Below, piece by piece: positions 13,900 through 27,040 of a stretch of 64,000 bases of DNA (position 1 is its first letter; every line of letters starts with the position of its first letter). Both the position numbers and the translations under genes were made by a program. The stretch is from Cenococcum geophilum (taxonomy: Eukaryota). The notes beneath the pieces were generated by a model. The model searched no databases. It was not told where the DNA came from and saw only the letters and a program-made list of their open reading frames with translations. The stretch is from positions 23,746,001 through 23,810,000 of the forward strand of contig CP158635.1 of assembly GCA_050273025.1 (NCBI GenBank), read 5' to 3'.

Positions 13900-16800
13900 A
13901 CTATTATTTTTTATAGTATAGTTCTGCCTAACTGGTTAAGCCAGTCTTCCTAGTGGACTTTAGATATCTATTGTTAATAGAACTTCTTTAATTTATTTCC
14001 TAGAGTTTAATTATAGAATGGCGTGCTATTAAGATCCTTAATTAAGTACTATCCTTTAAAGAGTGACTCTTACGTATACGGAACGGGCCTAGCTATTTTA
14101 GATTTAGCTTATAACTACTAGAATAATCTTGCTTTAGCTATATGTTATAGAGTATAACTATATCTCTAGCCTTAAATCCGTCCTAGCGAATTCAATAGGT
14201 ATTATTAAAGTACTTCTTATTTGCTACCCTTAGTTGTCTTATACGTATAATAGCCTCTTTTATATCTATATCTCTTTAGTTAAACTGCTTTATATAGAGT
14301 ACTAGTAGCTCTATAGTGGTCCGAACTATTTGCTAAGGTAGCGTTTACTAAGTGGATATGCAAAGTTTAATGGGAAGGATATACTTATATCCACATATAA
14401 CTCTTATTAGCGTTATTCCCGTGGGCTGTTTAATAGTTATTCTATCTACCTATAAAACGGTATAGAGATTATCTAGCTATAAGCTATCTATTTTTGCTAA
14501 AGCGTCTACTATAGGCTTATGCCCTCGCTCTATTAAGCCTTATCCCTATAGGTAATATATAAAAGCTATAATCCTTTTAATATTGTAGAGCTTTATAAGC
14601 GCAGCGATTATATTAGTATTTTCTCTGCCACTATTTATAGAAAGCTGTCTAAATACTCCCTATCTATAGATAATGTCTTTATAGAGGAATTTTATTATAC
14701 TTTTTATATACTTTTTCTAAAGGGCTTAAGCTTCTACCTATTTAGATATGTATTCTTAAGTAGTAACCAGGTATTGGAATTTAAGATGGGTTATTAGTAT
14801 AAATATAATGTCTACTATTACTTGTTACTATAAAGTAGACTCCTATATAGGGTGTATTACTTCTTCTTTCTGTTTTAACTGCCGCCCCTAGTATTATAGG
14901 TACGACTTAATATGCTATACTATTTAACCCTATAGTCCTAGCCACTAATATTAATTTAAGATTCTCTAATACGTTCCTTCTTATCTATAATATCTACTCC
15001 AATTATAAAGGCTCTTAATGATTTTTTGCTAAGCATTCTTATTATTAATTACCCTTTATATTAGCATATTTTTTAACTATTAGTAAAAGAGCTGTTAATT
15101 ACGCACTAGGAACTTTAGCGTATACTATTTAAATTTTTTAAATTCCTTAGTATTTATTTCTTCTGGATGTTATAAGGTTATTAGCTATTTTATAATCTTC
15201 TGAGATTCCTCTAAATATAAATCCTCTAGTGGCAGATCTACCTCTATTTTAACTGGGCTAGCCGTATATTTTAAAGCACTTAGTTTATAGTTAATAAATT
15301 CTTTAATATCCTTAGTTGGTTTATTAGGCTGTTTGCTATCTAGTGGTTGTTATAACAGCCTATTAGCTAGGCTATTCTTCTTCCCTAGTATATATTGGAT
15401 ATTAAAGTCCTATAGCTAGATTTATGCTAGCTATTATATTATTAAGGCTCCTGGTAAATTAGTGGCAGTATAATTTAGTTATATAACTAAGGTATTTGTA
15501 TTTATCTTAACCGTAAAGCGGGTACTGTATAGGTATACTTAATACTTTTTTAATACATATAGTAATGCCTAATATTTAAGTTTTTTTGAATTGTACTTCT
15601 GCTCTGCTTAAGACTAGATGCTGCTCTTATATTAATATAGGTAGTGATAACCTTGTATATTTAGTTGTATAAGACCATATCCCTATTTATTCTTATATCT
15701 ATTAATAGCGAGAATAATTAGCCTAGCCCCTTTACTATAATTTAGTTAAACTAATACGGGTGTGGTAGTAATAGTATGCTTTAGAGTCTTTATAGCGGCT
15801 ATCCGCTCTATACCCTATATAAACGGAACGTTTACTTATAGTAGTTAGAAGATTAGCTTTGCTTTTATTATAAAGTCCTTTACCTATATTTGGTAATATA
15901 TAACAACTTCTAGAAATGCTTAGACAGATATAACGTCTTTATAGTTTCTCTAGTAAATAATCTTTACGACTTTTAACTCTTTTAGATATTATCCCTTTCT
16001 ATTATAATGGTAACTAACTACTATAATCTTATCTTTGTAGAAATGAGACTTTACGCCTAAGATTGTATACCCGGCTTGTTCTAAATCTATAAGTATTTTA
16101 TCTAGCTATATAATATATTCTAGAATATATCTATATATGCCTAGAAGGCTCTTTTATCTATTATATATTGTCTATAGTCCTTTTACTATAATATTATCTA
16201 GAAACGGTAAGGTATGGTGTGGGATGTATTGCTCTAAGATCTTAGTAATTGTCCTTATAAACTAGGCTACTAAATTTATATCTTTTATAGGTACTGTTGT
16301 TTATTATAGAAGTCCTAGAGGTGTTATAAAGGCTATTAGGTTCCTGCTTTCTATATCTAGCTCTAATTAGTTATAGCTAGAGAAGAAATCTACTAGAGAT
16401 ATAACCTTATACCCCGTAAACTCCTTAGAGAACTTATTAGTATATAGCGGCAAATTTGCATCCCTAATAGTTACTTAGTTGATATTTATCGCCATATTAA
16501 TTAGTTAGTACTTTTTATGCTCCTTTTTGCTTATAAGAAACTATGGATTTTTATATAGGCTTTTGCAATATTCTAGAGTCCCTTAAGCTAGTTGTTTTTG
16601 TAATATATTTATTACCTTTTCTTATAGGGCCCTTAGTATAGGAAAGTTTAGTACTTACTATGCTTTATATAGCACCGTCTTAATCTTTAATGGTGGAGTT
16701 ATATCCCTACTGATACGACCTATTTTAGAGAACTCCTATACTAGAGCCTTTTCTTAGTTAAATAATATAGCCTTAAAGATTTCTTGTTTTCTTGGCTGAA

Positions 16801-19800
16801 TATCTCCTATAATTATGCGCTTTAATTATTCTAGCTTTAGTTGTGTACTATAGGCCAGCTTAGTATATCGCGGCTTAAGGAAATAATTATATAGACTAAG
16901 CGGTAATCCTTAAATAGACGCCTTTTGCCGATATAGGGCTACTTCTCGCTACTTTATTATGCCTCCTATAACTGTTCTATTTGGTGCTAATAAGTTAACT
17001 AGGTAGACTTTATCCGCTTTTTATTTATACGCAGTTACTATACTTATAGAGTTCTGTTAAGCCTTACTCCTATAACTTTTTATTTATATTATAAATGGAT
17101 CTATTATCTTTAATATTTAATATATAAGGGATCTAGCCTTCGCTTTAAACACTGGCTTCTACTTTCCTCCTAAGTGCTTCTTTAGGACTTCCTTTAATAT
17201 TTTACTGTTGAGCTCTCTCTATCTAGTGTTATGCTCTTCTTTCCGTTAATGGCCCTATTTAGCGGATATCTAAAATAGTAAACGTCCTTATTAAAGTCGC
17301 ACCTTATTTCCCTCCTCTTTATCCTTAGCATCCTTTTTATCCTAATGCGCTAGGTTATAAGTAACCCTAGATATAATCTTAGTGGTTATACCAGTTATAC
17401 ATTTCCTAAACTACTACCTATACTAATTCCTTTATTTAGTTTAAGGAATATTGTATCCTTTTAGGATATTAAGAACCTTATTTTAACTCCGCTATTTTTT
17501 AATTAAATAATATAAGATACCTAGCCTATTATGGTTCGCTGCGTTACTAGTCTAGCCCTTACTAACTATAGCTTACTAAGTATTACCTTGTGTAATATTT
17601 CTCCTATAGTAATAAAAGTTGTGGATATTAAGACGTTACCTATAACTATAGGGGCTATATATACTAATCTAATAAACTTAAACTAGGTCCTATTAGTAGA
17701 TATTAGATATACGCCCTATAACTATAGGGGTAGATTTAATATTAGTAAGCCGTGTTATAGAGCCACACTTTTCTTAATAAGGTTAAGCTCTGCTTTAGAG
17801 TTAATTAAGTACTTAACCCTTTTATCTCCTATCTGTGCTTCTACCTTTAAATATTATTATTAAAACTGGGTGAATTCTGCTTCCCGTTTAATCTAGTTTA
17901 CCTCTATAGTTATTAGGCTAGCTTAATTAGTATAAACGTTAGGTATACTAATAATGTAAATACCTTAACGCCTTCTTGCTTTTGTTAGTAAGGCTCTATA
18001 AGAGGTAGTAGGAGAGGCTTAAAGAATAACCTTGCGACTTTAGGTATATATACTAGGCAGTTACTAATAGTAACTTTAATAGTTTTTAATAAGATCTTGT
18101 TTACTATTATAGTTAGGCTTAGGATATTCCCTTTTAGTATATCTATTATTCTAACCGGCTTTAGTTATACTTTAATAGTTATAGTTACTTTCGTTCCTTA
18201 CTCTACTTCTCTTTTTAGCTATTTAGCATAGTTTATTTTATTAGTCTCCTTATTATTTACTAGTAATTAGGGAGCCTGCCGCTATAGTTATAGTGCGATT
18301 TAGATATGTCCTCCTAGTTATATATTTTAAACTATTGCTAGTTGCAAACTAGTTAGTTTTAGAGGTGGTTTTGTTACCCTTATGTCTCCTTTTAGCTTCT
18401 TAAGATTGTATAACCGTGTCGTAGGCTGCGACTAGGTTGCTGCTTTTACTAGATTAATATATACCGACTCTACTTGGTATATATCTTCCTAGGACTTACT
18501 AAGCTCTTCTTTACTTTTAGCACTATTGCTTTCTATAAGCTCTACTAAGGACGCATTTAGTTAGATGCCTGTTGCTATTATATTGGGATTAATATTCGTA
18601 TTCTGCCTTAGCTAGTCTTTAAGGAACTAAATTTAATTATTACTTGGTAAATACGGGAGTGGATTTTCTAGGTGCTTACGTGTTTTAGTGTAGATTTAGT
18701 TGTTCTTGTTTATATATAAGAACCTATAGCTAACTAGTTTTTAGAGCTCCGGGCATTAATTAATAAAATAATAAGGGCCTCCACATCTATAATATATCTT
18801 AGCTTATACTTAGTATGCATTAAGGTTTTTTGGTCCTCTATACCTTCCTAGGCCTAGCTTATATTACTTTTATAGTGCCCCCTTATAAGATGGCAGTGGT
18901 TTGTTATTATTTATTACCGGTTACAGACCTGCTTATTTTTAATACACTAACGCCTTATTTAGGAGCTGTATATACTATATTAGGTCTTAGCAAATCCTAT
19001 TAAGGAACAGTATTAAAGATATAACGCCTACTAATTTAACCGTCTTAAGATTAAGCTTCTGGAGTTAACTAGTAAGGTTTTTTAGCTTAGGGTCCATCTC
19101 TTAGGTTATTTAATAGGCACTTGCCGACTTATTTAGCTAAGAGACTATAGGCGGCTGAAGAGTAGCATTTCTCTGGTTTAATATGGCCGGCTACTACTTA
19201 TAGAATTGTTTAACTAGCTAACGGAGACCTTACTTCTTAGAGTTTATTATTAATAAGTAGTCTGCGCCTTTATGCGAATTAAGCCTATCTTTTACAGCCC
19301 TCCTTAGTAGGTGGAAGTTAAAAGACTTTTGTTTATCCGGGTTAGCTCCTATCTTAGTTATAGTATTTTTTAATATTTAAATAGGAGTCCTTTTATAAAC
19401 CAGTATCCTTATTTATAGTTTTCTAAATTGCTAGCTTTAGTAACCTTTTAGGAAATTAGTGTAAATTATCTATAGTACTCGCGTATAGTACTAGGTGGGT
19501 TGTTTTTATACTATAGTATATAAGCTTCTAAGAATTCTACTATCTTAACTTGTTAAAAGTAGTTACTTCCTTAGTAGTTTATCTAAAGCTTTCTTACGAG
19601 TTCTGTTTATCTGCTAATAATAAACTTAGGTAGACTTTAGATCTAGGTCCCTATCTAATAGTTATAATATTCTGGAAGTTCTTAATGCTTTTTATTGTCC
19701 GTAATATGGTGTTAAATATATAGTCGCTTATACTATTTAATAAATTGCGATATATTTTGTCCCGTAAAGTAAGGAGTCTCTAAAGTCCCTAGAGCTAGTA

Positions 19801-20430
19801 TAGGCTAGGCTATAATATATACCTTATCTTGTTTTATTAGTGGTTTATTATAAGGTAATAGACTAGTAGTTTCTTTTAGGATAGGTAAGTTAACCTCTTA
19901 GTTCTTGTCCTCTCTTTACTAAAGGTTATTAGTTCTAGACGTTATAGGAGTTAGGTCTAGTACCGCATTCTTTAAGTTAGGAAAACTTTATAGATTAGTA
20001 GGCCACTTACTTTCTTCTTTGCCGTTATTATAGAATGGGCCTAGCATTTCTAGTATTCCCTTTATTGGTCCTATTGCTATTGCTCTTATAAATTTAAGAG
20101 AGGCTTATATAAATGCTAGAAGAATTATATAGACTATTATAAATATAGTAAATAAAAAATTGAAGACTTCTTTTTACTGGTCCTAATACATTATAACCCT
20201 CTCTTTTATCCTCCGTCCTGCCGTACCCTATACTTGCATTCCTACTCCTAGTTGTCTATTCCGTCTACTATAGGTCTTAAATAATAATCTCCAAAAGTGT
20301 TATTAACTTATCTTAATAATGGTAATGCCTACGCGTACGTCACTAGTAGTTTTATACTTAATTTCCGCACCTATTAGTGACTTAACGGCTTCTAGTAATA
20401 GTAACTTAATAGTTTTTAGTCCTTTCATGG
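13900..20430 (-). pseudogene. gag-pol of element 3 (RIP-inactivated)
   Basis: Gag ...PYFTGQNISQF (~19742-19775), degenerate zinc knuckle (~18745-18795), protease LINSKAELNLI consistent with LIDSGAELNLI (~17775-17810), RT PFLDNIIVKG consistent with FLDD (~16180-16207), RNase H (~15450-15720), integrase (~14200-15000) followed by LGPFRI (~14075-14095). Confidence 0.88.
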
Positions 20431-20519
20431 CTGCAGCACATTCCTATGCATCTCCTATATATATAGCGCTAGACTCCTAATCTAAAGAGCTTACTGTCAT
20501 CCTCACGTGGAATGCCATA

Positions 20520-20783
20520 TATCGTAGTATACGCGGTCCCTCTTAGATAGGAAGTTACAGTGCTGTTAAGTTAGTCGGTTATAATTAGTTAGTGGAAGTT
20601 AGTAGGAAAATAGTTAGTAAGAAGAGAAGAAAAGAGTGTATTCTATATGTCTGTTATACCTGTCTAAGTTATTAAAGACTTTAGGGCTATAGACTAATCT
20701 ATATATCCACAGAAGGCCTATGCACTCCCTAGACTATGCCTAATCTAGATATTAAATCTAGTAGGCCAATTTACCCCACCACA
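20520..20783 (-). repeat. 5' LTR of element 3
   Basis: Colinear with 10194-10457; minus strand begins TGTGGTGGGG and is followed by a TGG-starting PBS-like sequence. Confidence 0.93.
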
Positions 20784-22841
20784 ATATATTATTCTAGTAA
20801 GTAAAACTTTAAGGCTAATACCTTAACCTAAAGAGAATAAGATATAGGACCCTAGAATAAGCTAAAGATCTAATATTAGACGCACGCCCTCCTCTATTTA
20901 GAACAGCTTAACCTATAAATCATTAAGGAGCTAGACTCCTAGTAGAATAAGCTAGTACTAATAAAGGAGTCTTTAGACGAACTAATAGGGCTAATTAACC
21001 GCCTCCTAACTATAAACCGCACGGCTAACGCCCTAAGGGCCCTCCGCGATTAAGCCGTAAAAGGAAACCCCAATTTTAAAATAGAGGAAGGATTGCTCCT
21101 ATACTAGGAGCGGCTTATAGTCTCTAATATTAATAATCTACGGATAGAACTAATCCGCGAAGCCTATTACTAAGTCTCTATAGTATACCCCGGTAAAAAT
21201 AAGACCTATAAAATTATTAACTACCGCTACTATTAGCTAAAAATAGTTATAGATATTAATTAATATATATGGAACTATAAGGACTGCCGAAGAGCTATAA
21301 CCCCATAAGATAAAACCCTAGAACTACTTAAGCTACTCCTAATATTAGAGCGCTCTTAGTAGTATATCTCTATAGACTTTTATAAACTACCTATAGACCG
21401 TAACGGATATAATATAGTTATAGTTATAGTTAACCGCTTTAGCAAACGCCTGTTTTTAATTCCCTATTATAAGAACATTAATACTAAAGAGGTAGCCCGG
21501 CTATATATCTACTATATCTACCAAATTTACGGACTACTAGATACTATTATGTCTAATTATAAGCTATAGTTTATATTAGCTTTTTAGAATAAGTTTACCT
21601 ATATCTTAAATATTAAACTAAAGCTTTCTAAAGCTTACTACCCCTAGATAGACGGTTAGACGGAGATTATAAATTAGTACCTAGACTAGAGGCTTAGGCC
21701 CTTTATTAACTACTTCTAGGACAACTAGTTTAAACTACTACCCTTAATAGACTATACCTAAGCAACCCTACCCTATAACTCTATAGGGTTCGCCCCAATT
21801 TAGCTAGAAATAGGATACTTACCCTATATAAGCTTTAACTAAAAAAGGCTAGAGGGACCCTAAACTATATAAGAAAAGCTATTACATAGTAAGGCCTAAT
21901 AGTACGCTAAACGCTTAGAGGAAGCCTAGATGGTAGCCTATAAGAACCTAGAAAAAGCCTAAAGATTAATAAAATAGTAGGCGAATAAATACCGTTAAGA
22001 GCCTAACTTTACCCCTGGTAATATAGTCTAGGTTATAATAAGGAATTAGAAAACTAAACGACCTAGCTATAAGCTAGACTGCTAGATAGCAGGGCTATAT
22101 AAGGTCCTTAAGAAAATAGGCAACTTATATAAGGTAAGGCTCCCAGACTTAATTAGGGTGCATCCTATTTTCTTACTAGATAAGCTATAAAAAGCTATAA
22201 ACAACCTATTACCCGGATAAAAGAATAAGCCTCCCCTACTAATTTAAGTAAACGGTAATAATAAATAGGAAGTTAATAAAATACTAGCCTATAAGATAGT
22301 ATAGGGAATATTAAAATACCATATCTAATAAAAGGGCTATAACCCGGACCTAACTTAGTACCCTATATAGAACTTTATAGGCTGCCCCTAGAAGCTTAAA
22401 AAGTTTTATAACTAATACCTTAACGCACCTAAACCCCTAAAGTACCTAGACGAGTAGATAGAATGCTAGTATAATAAAGACGATAAGTTACCGGAGGAGT
22501 ATAGGGATAAGAACGCCCTAAAGCCCTAAGACAGCTATCTGCTAAATTCTACCATATTCTGCCGTTTTCTACTAATACCGTAAAATTTTAGATGTCTAGG
22601 AACTTTAACTACTGGTTAAAGTTATCTAATTAGTTAGATTTATACTAAGACTTTTAGCGGCTACTCTTTCTAGCCTAGTGCTTTCACTTAACCTATAATC
22701 GCCTTTTTATACTTAGTCCGAACGCACTTATATCCCTTTTTCTTCTTATCTTACATTTTATAATCCTATGTTTTATAAGCCTAATGCTACCCTATTTCTA
22801 ACTAAGCCTAAGGGTAGGCTTTCTTTTAAAGAGGGGGGTAA

Positions 22842-23051
22842 TGTAACGGCGCTATTATATGTTACCTACTAAATCCTACTATATTCTGCTAATCTACGAT
22901 TGGCCCGCTTAAAGCTAGCGCCTTAGCGGCTTACTCTATATATTTGTTTACATTGGTCCTAGTGACCCCTTTTCCTTCTCTTTAGCTTGGTATCTTTGTA
23001 ATACAGCATTCTACAAGCTTTGGTTTAGAGGTATTTGTATAAGCCGTAATA
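22842..23051 (+). repeat. 3' LTR of element 2
   Basis: Starts TGTAACGG right after the polypurine tract; followed by TSD CTAAA. Confidence 0.95.
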
Positions 23052-23056
23052 CTAAA

Positions 23057-24771
23057 GGAGGTTCCTTCTTTAATATCGCCTCTTGGTAATAGCTAAGATT
23101 AAGAAGCTAAATTGCTTAAATAGTTTCCTAGCTTATACATTTCCTAGGGCTCGCCTTTGCCTCTTAGTTATATATAACTATAAAGTTCTTCCTAAGGTTA
23201 ATAGGGCTCTATAGTAGAAGTACACTAGCCGTACTTTTATAAGTAATAGGTGTAATAGTATTATAAAGGTTCCTAGGCGATTAAAAGGCTCCTCTAAAGC
23301 TACCTTTTAATTTAACCCTAGCTATATAATAGATTGGCTTAATTTTAAGAGTAAGCTTATAAGGCTAGCGAGAGCCTATTATAATTGCCCTAGTAACGTA
23401 ATTAAGAAGCTTAAAGTTAAGCTCGCTTTTAAATATATTAAAACTATAGGATAGTAGGCTCCTTGCCCCTCTAGTCGCTCTTCTATAATAACGTAATTAG
23501 CTTTATAATTGTCGGTATCACCCAAGTGCACTTGATTGGCCTATTAACTGTTGAATTGATTCTTGTCTAATAGGTGTCGAAAGCAGAGGATCGTAAGGAT
23601 CGCAGTGCCTAAGTAAGGGGCTGATGAGTCACCGTAAGGATGACTAATCAGAGACGTGACCACGTAACCTCTGTCCATACATTCCTGTCCATATATTCCG
23701 ACAATAATTGGCCCTTAAATCCTTATAGAGCTCTTTACTAGCTATGCTATAGTATATAGCTAATAACCTTACGGCTTTCTCTATAGTCCCTATAACGAGC
23801 TTTTTAAAGATATCTTAAAGGTAGTAACGTTATAAAAACTACGGTAGTAACTAGTGCTAAGTGTATTAGTAAGTCAACTATAGGCTTATATAAGAGGACG
23901 TAAAGGAGTGGGCTTAGGCGATAGATAAGGGCCTTACTACTAAATATACTCCTCCCGTTAAGTTAATATAGAAGCTTTTTAATAGGAGGACAAGTAGTAA
24001 AAAGAAAGGAGAGCTTACTACTAAGGCCTCTATACCTAGTACTCTAGGCATAGTTAATTAATTCTATATTAACCCTAGTAGTTACAATAGGCGCCTATCT
24101 ACACCTCTAGCAGTCTCTCTCTTAAGCTTAAAGTTATCGTTAATTGCTCCTTTACTACGCGCTTAAGGCCTTAATTGGCTTGCTAATTTATAGGAGTATT
24201 TTAAATAGTATAAGCAGGCAGTGTAAGACTTAGAGGACCAGCAGGAAGATATTAAAGCTGTATATTAAGTAGCATTTAAAAAGCGGTGGGATTTAATAAC
24301 GATTTAAAAGCAAAAGCCAGATAAGTAAAGAAAGACGCCGATTAAGGTAATAATTAAAGTAGGTATTCTAGAGGCAATTTCTAAGAGATTATAAATAGAT
24401 ATTAAGTGGAGAGCTTTAAGAGGCGTAGACGGTAGTAACTTTAAGAGCCTTATATTTAATTAGTAGTATATTTTTTAACTTAAGCCTACGCCTACTTATA
24501 GGCACCTATTATAATATACACTTTACTAGTTATCCTTATATAAATCGTATATTATAAGGTAGCTATAAGGGGACTTTATAAATAGGGGGCTATAAGGACA
24601 CGATTGTGGAATAGGATAGATTGGTGAGAGAGACGAATCCTTAAGGAGGTAAGGCTTTAGGGATTGTAGAGACTATATACTATGGGCACGTGCCTTTAGC
24701 ATATAACCGGCGACCATCCAAGGGGCGTCTGGGGGTTGTCCTAAGGGCAACCCGTAATAATATCCCTTATA
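23057..24771 (-). mobile_element. Older LTR-element relic hosting elements 1, 2 and the solo LTR; putative LTR at 24591-24771
   Basis: 24591-24771 has RIP-altered termini tataagg...ccttata (TGTAAGG...CCTTACA), and its right half matches 56799-56898, which keeps CCTTACA. The internal part is too degenerate to assign domains. Confidence 0.5.
23510..23703. mobile_element. Solo LTR (194 bp)
   Basis: Inverted termini TGTCGG...CCGACA flanked by a perfect 5-bp direct repeat ATAAT (23505-23509, 23704-23708); less AT-rich than its flanks. Confidence 0.85.
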
Positions 24772-24834
24772 GTAGCTATACTAAGCTTTATACAGTAAAG
24801 ACACCTTACTATATAATAAAATCTTACTCCTCCC

Positions 24835-25862
24835 TATTAATATAACCGCTATAGCGGAAATAGGCTCTTGCGCTCTTACCTTTGCCTTCTACTACCTTTA
24901 TATACTAGTTTAGAAAGCTTCTAAAGCTATTACCGTATTACTTTAGCGCCTTTTTTTAAGAAACAAAGTGTCGCTAAATAAACTCCTTTAGCTTACTAAA
25001 AAAAACTCCTTAATTGGATTTAAATTGGGTAAGTATATAGGTAAGTATATAAGCTTTACCCCTACTCTCTTAAAGAGAGTAGTAATATACGGTAAGTAAT
25101 AGAAGCTTATATTATCCATAATAACAACCAATCTTAGTACTAGATAAGGATTGTAGTAAGGTAAAAGAAAGCATTTAATCCAATAGTTATAGCCCTCTAT
25201 ATTTGTTAAGCCGCTATATACTAATAATACTAGCACACCTTTAACGGTGTAGGCAGGCAGTATATTAACTCTTTACTTACTATAGTTATACGGTATATAT
25301 AAAATATATGCAACTTCTATAGGTAACTAAGACGTCTTTTATATACCAATCTTTAAATTAGCTCTAGATTTATCTGTAAACACTAGCTACTTAAGGGTAA
25401 ACTATAAGATATAGGCCTAGTATAAGTTACAGTCCTTCTAGCTTTGCTTAAGAGTTACTCTACGAGCCTTATATATACTTAGTAGCTTTTTTACATATAT
25501 AATAAAGGCTTTCTTACCAGCTTCCTACTCCAGCCAGCAACTCTTAGTTCTGCACTAATCGTCTACCTACTTATAGTAATCTGGAATTGATCGTAGATAA
25601 ACTATATTGTTTTGTTAAGATATATATTTCGGGAATTATTTAATTGGTAGAGTAATATAACGATCGCCTTATTACTTAGCAGGCGTTTTAACTTATATTT
25701 ATAATTAAGCTTCGTCTTCCCGTATAGCCTTAGATTCCTTTAAATAGACTAGATTAATTTAGTAGGGCAGTTAGCTTAACGGGCGCATTAACGTTTAGTT
25801 ATACTAGCTGTAAAAAAGATCTTAATAAAGGCATACTGCTAACTGCCTATATTTAGAGCCAT
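24835..25862 (-). pseudogene. RIP-inactivated Tc1/IS630-like (DDE_3-type) transposase
   Basis: ATG at 25862 gives MALNIG...RNLRLYGKT; ORF 24988-25236 has VVIMDNISFY...LIYLPIYLPNLNPIKEFF, matching the MDN...LPPYSPDLNPIE pattern; ends near AYFRYSGY. TIRs not resolved. Confidence 0.85.
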
Positions 25863-27040
25863 ATTAATAAGAGGAAGAAGCTTTAGACCACTATAATCTG
25901 GTATAAATATCACAACTTTAATAGGTAAGGGGCAATAAGATTAGCTTTAAATTTGAGGTAGCTAGTGGCCCAAGCCAGGGCTATATACTACATCTCTTCC
26001 TATTAGCTCTATATACTAATTTAGCTGTAGGTTTAGCAAAATTAGGTATATACTGCTGCGCGCATTAAAAAGTCGCCAGATTGACCAAACACCTACCTCT
26101 AGATTAGATTAAGGCTTTAGATTAACTTAATTCTAAAACCTCTAGATTTAATCTAGAGCTATAACTAAATACTCCCTAAGCCAAGTATAAGTTATAGAAG
26201 AGTTAGTAGAAGAGAGGACGATATAGTAAATAGTATAGCAATAGCCTTATATAGAGATGAACCGATAAGGAAAGTAGGAGGGCTGTAAGCCTAAGGTGCT
26301 TATAAGGAGGTGCTAAGCCTAGCCTTAGGCTATATACTAAAGTAATGGATAAAATGGGTACCCCTTACAATAAATAAATATATAAAATTATTAAATAACT
26401 TTAAATTAAGCTTAATAAGGTATTTAATACGTTTAAAAGGCTTTACTATAACGTGTCCTACCTTTACGTCACTAAATAGGCTAAAAAGACAGAAGCACTC
26501 GCAAATATATTACGACTATAGCGGGACCCAATATATATACTCTTAAATTTATCTTTATAAGGAATACTAAAAATATTATAATAGAGCTATAATTATAACT
26601 TTATAGGCATAGATATATAATATTATTACTTACTTTTAATTTTAAATATATTTTATATACAAATATAGAATATAATAGTACCCTTAGTGTTACGATATGG
26701 TCGGCTAAATAAGTCGTACCGTTATTAGGAGGTTTTGACTGTATTTGCAATGCCAAGAGGTTATAAAGAGGTTATAAGAGGTAATTAAACAAATCCAAAT
26801 CATTTAGTTAACCTAGAAAGTACGCGAATCCTAATCAGGAATTGGTATAATAAGGCATGATTAAAACAGTACTTGAATAGTTGGGTTGTAATGCTATCTA
26901 AACGAAAACGGTGTATACAAGAACCTTCGTGTGGACTTTTCCCAGTGATAACAAACTGCTCTAACTTTTCTTCTTCCAGCTCGTTCAAGGGTGCATTGAA
27001 ATTTCCAGGAAAATTACAGTGGAATTACCAAAGACTTCTT

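Larger units (their letters stand above)
10194..20783 (-). mobile_element. Full-length 10.6-kb Ty3/Gypsy retrotransposon (element 3, probably non-chromoviral) with an extra ORF, nested in the RNase H of element 2
   Basis: Paired 264-bp LTRs (10194-10457, 20520-20783), 4-bp TSD ATAT (10190-10193 and 20784-20787) whose removal restores the host frame, purine tract ggtagaggaggta next to the 10194 LTR on the minus strand, candidate PBS TGGCATTCCACGTGAGG next to the 20520 LTR, domain order gag-PR-RT-RH-INT. Confidence 0.95.
6272..23051 (+). mobile_element. Full-length RIP-degraded Ty3/Gypsy chromovirus (element 2), split by element 3
   Basis: Paired 210-bp LTRs (6272-6481, 22842-23051), 5-bp TSD CTAAA (6267-6271 and 23052-23056), polypurine tract aaagaggggggtaa before the 3' LTR, gag knuckle CYNCDKEG (~7752), protease (~8000), RT (~9000-9550), RNase H (~9870-10193, resuming at 20788), integrase (~21100-22200), chromodomain-like segment (~22265-22420). 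Confidence 0.95.

Noticed and set aside
26000..27040. AT-rich segment and small ORFs (26800-27079)
   Set aside because: Probably RIP-mutated repeat debris; no termini or domains could be identified.
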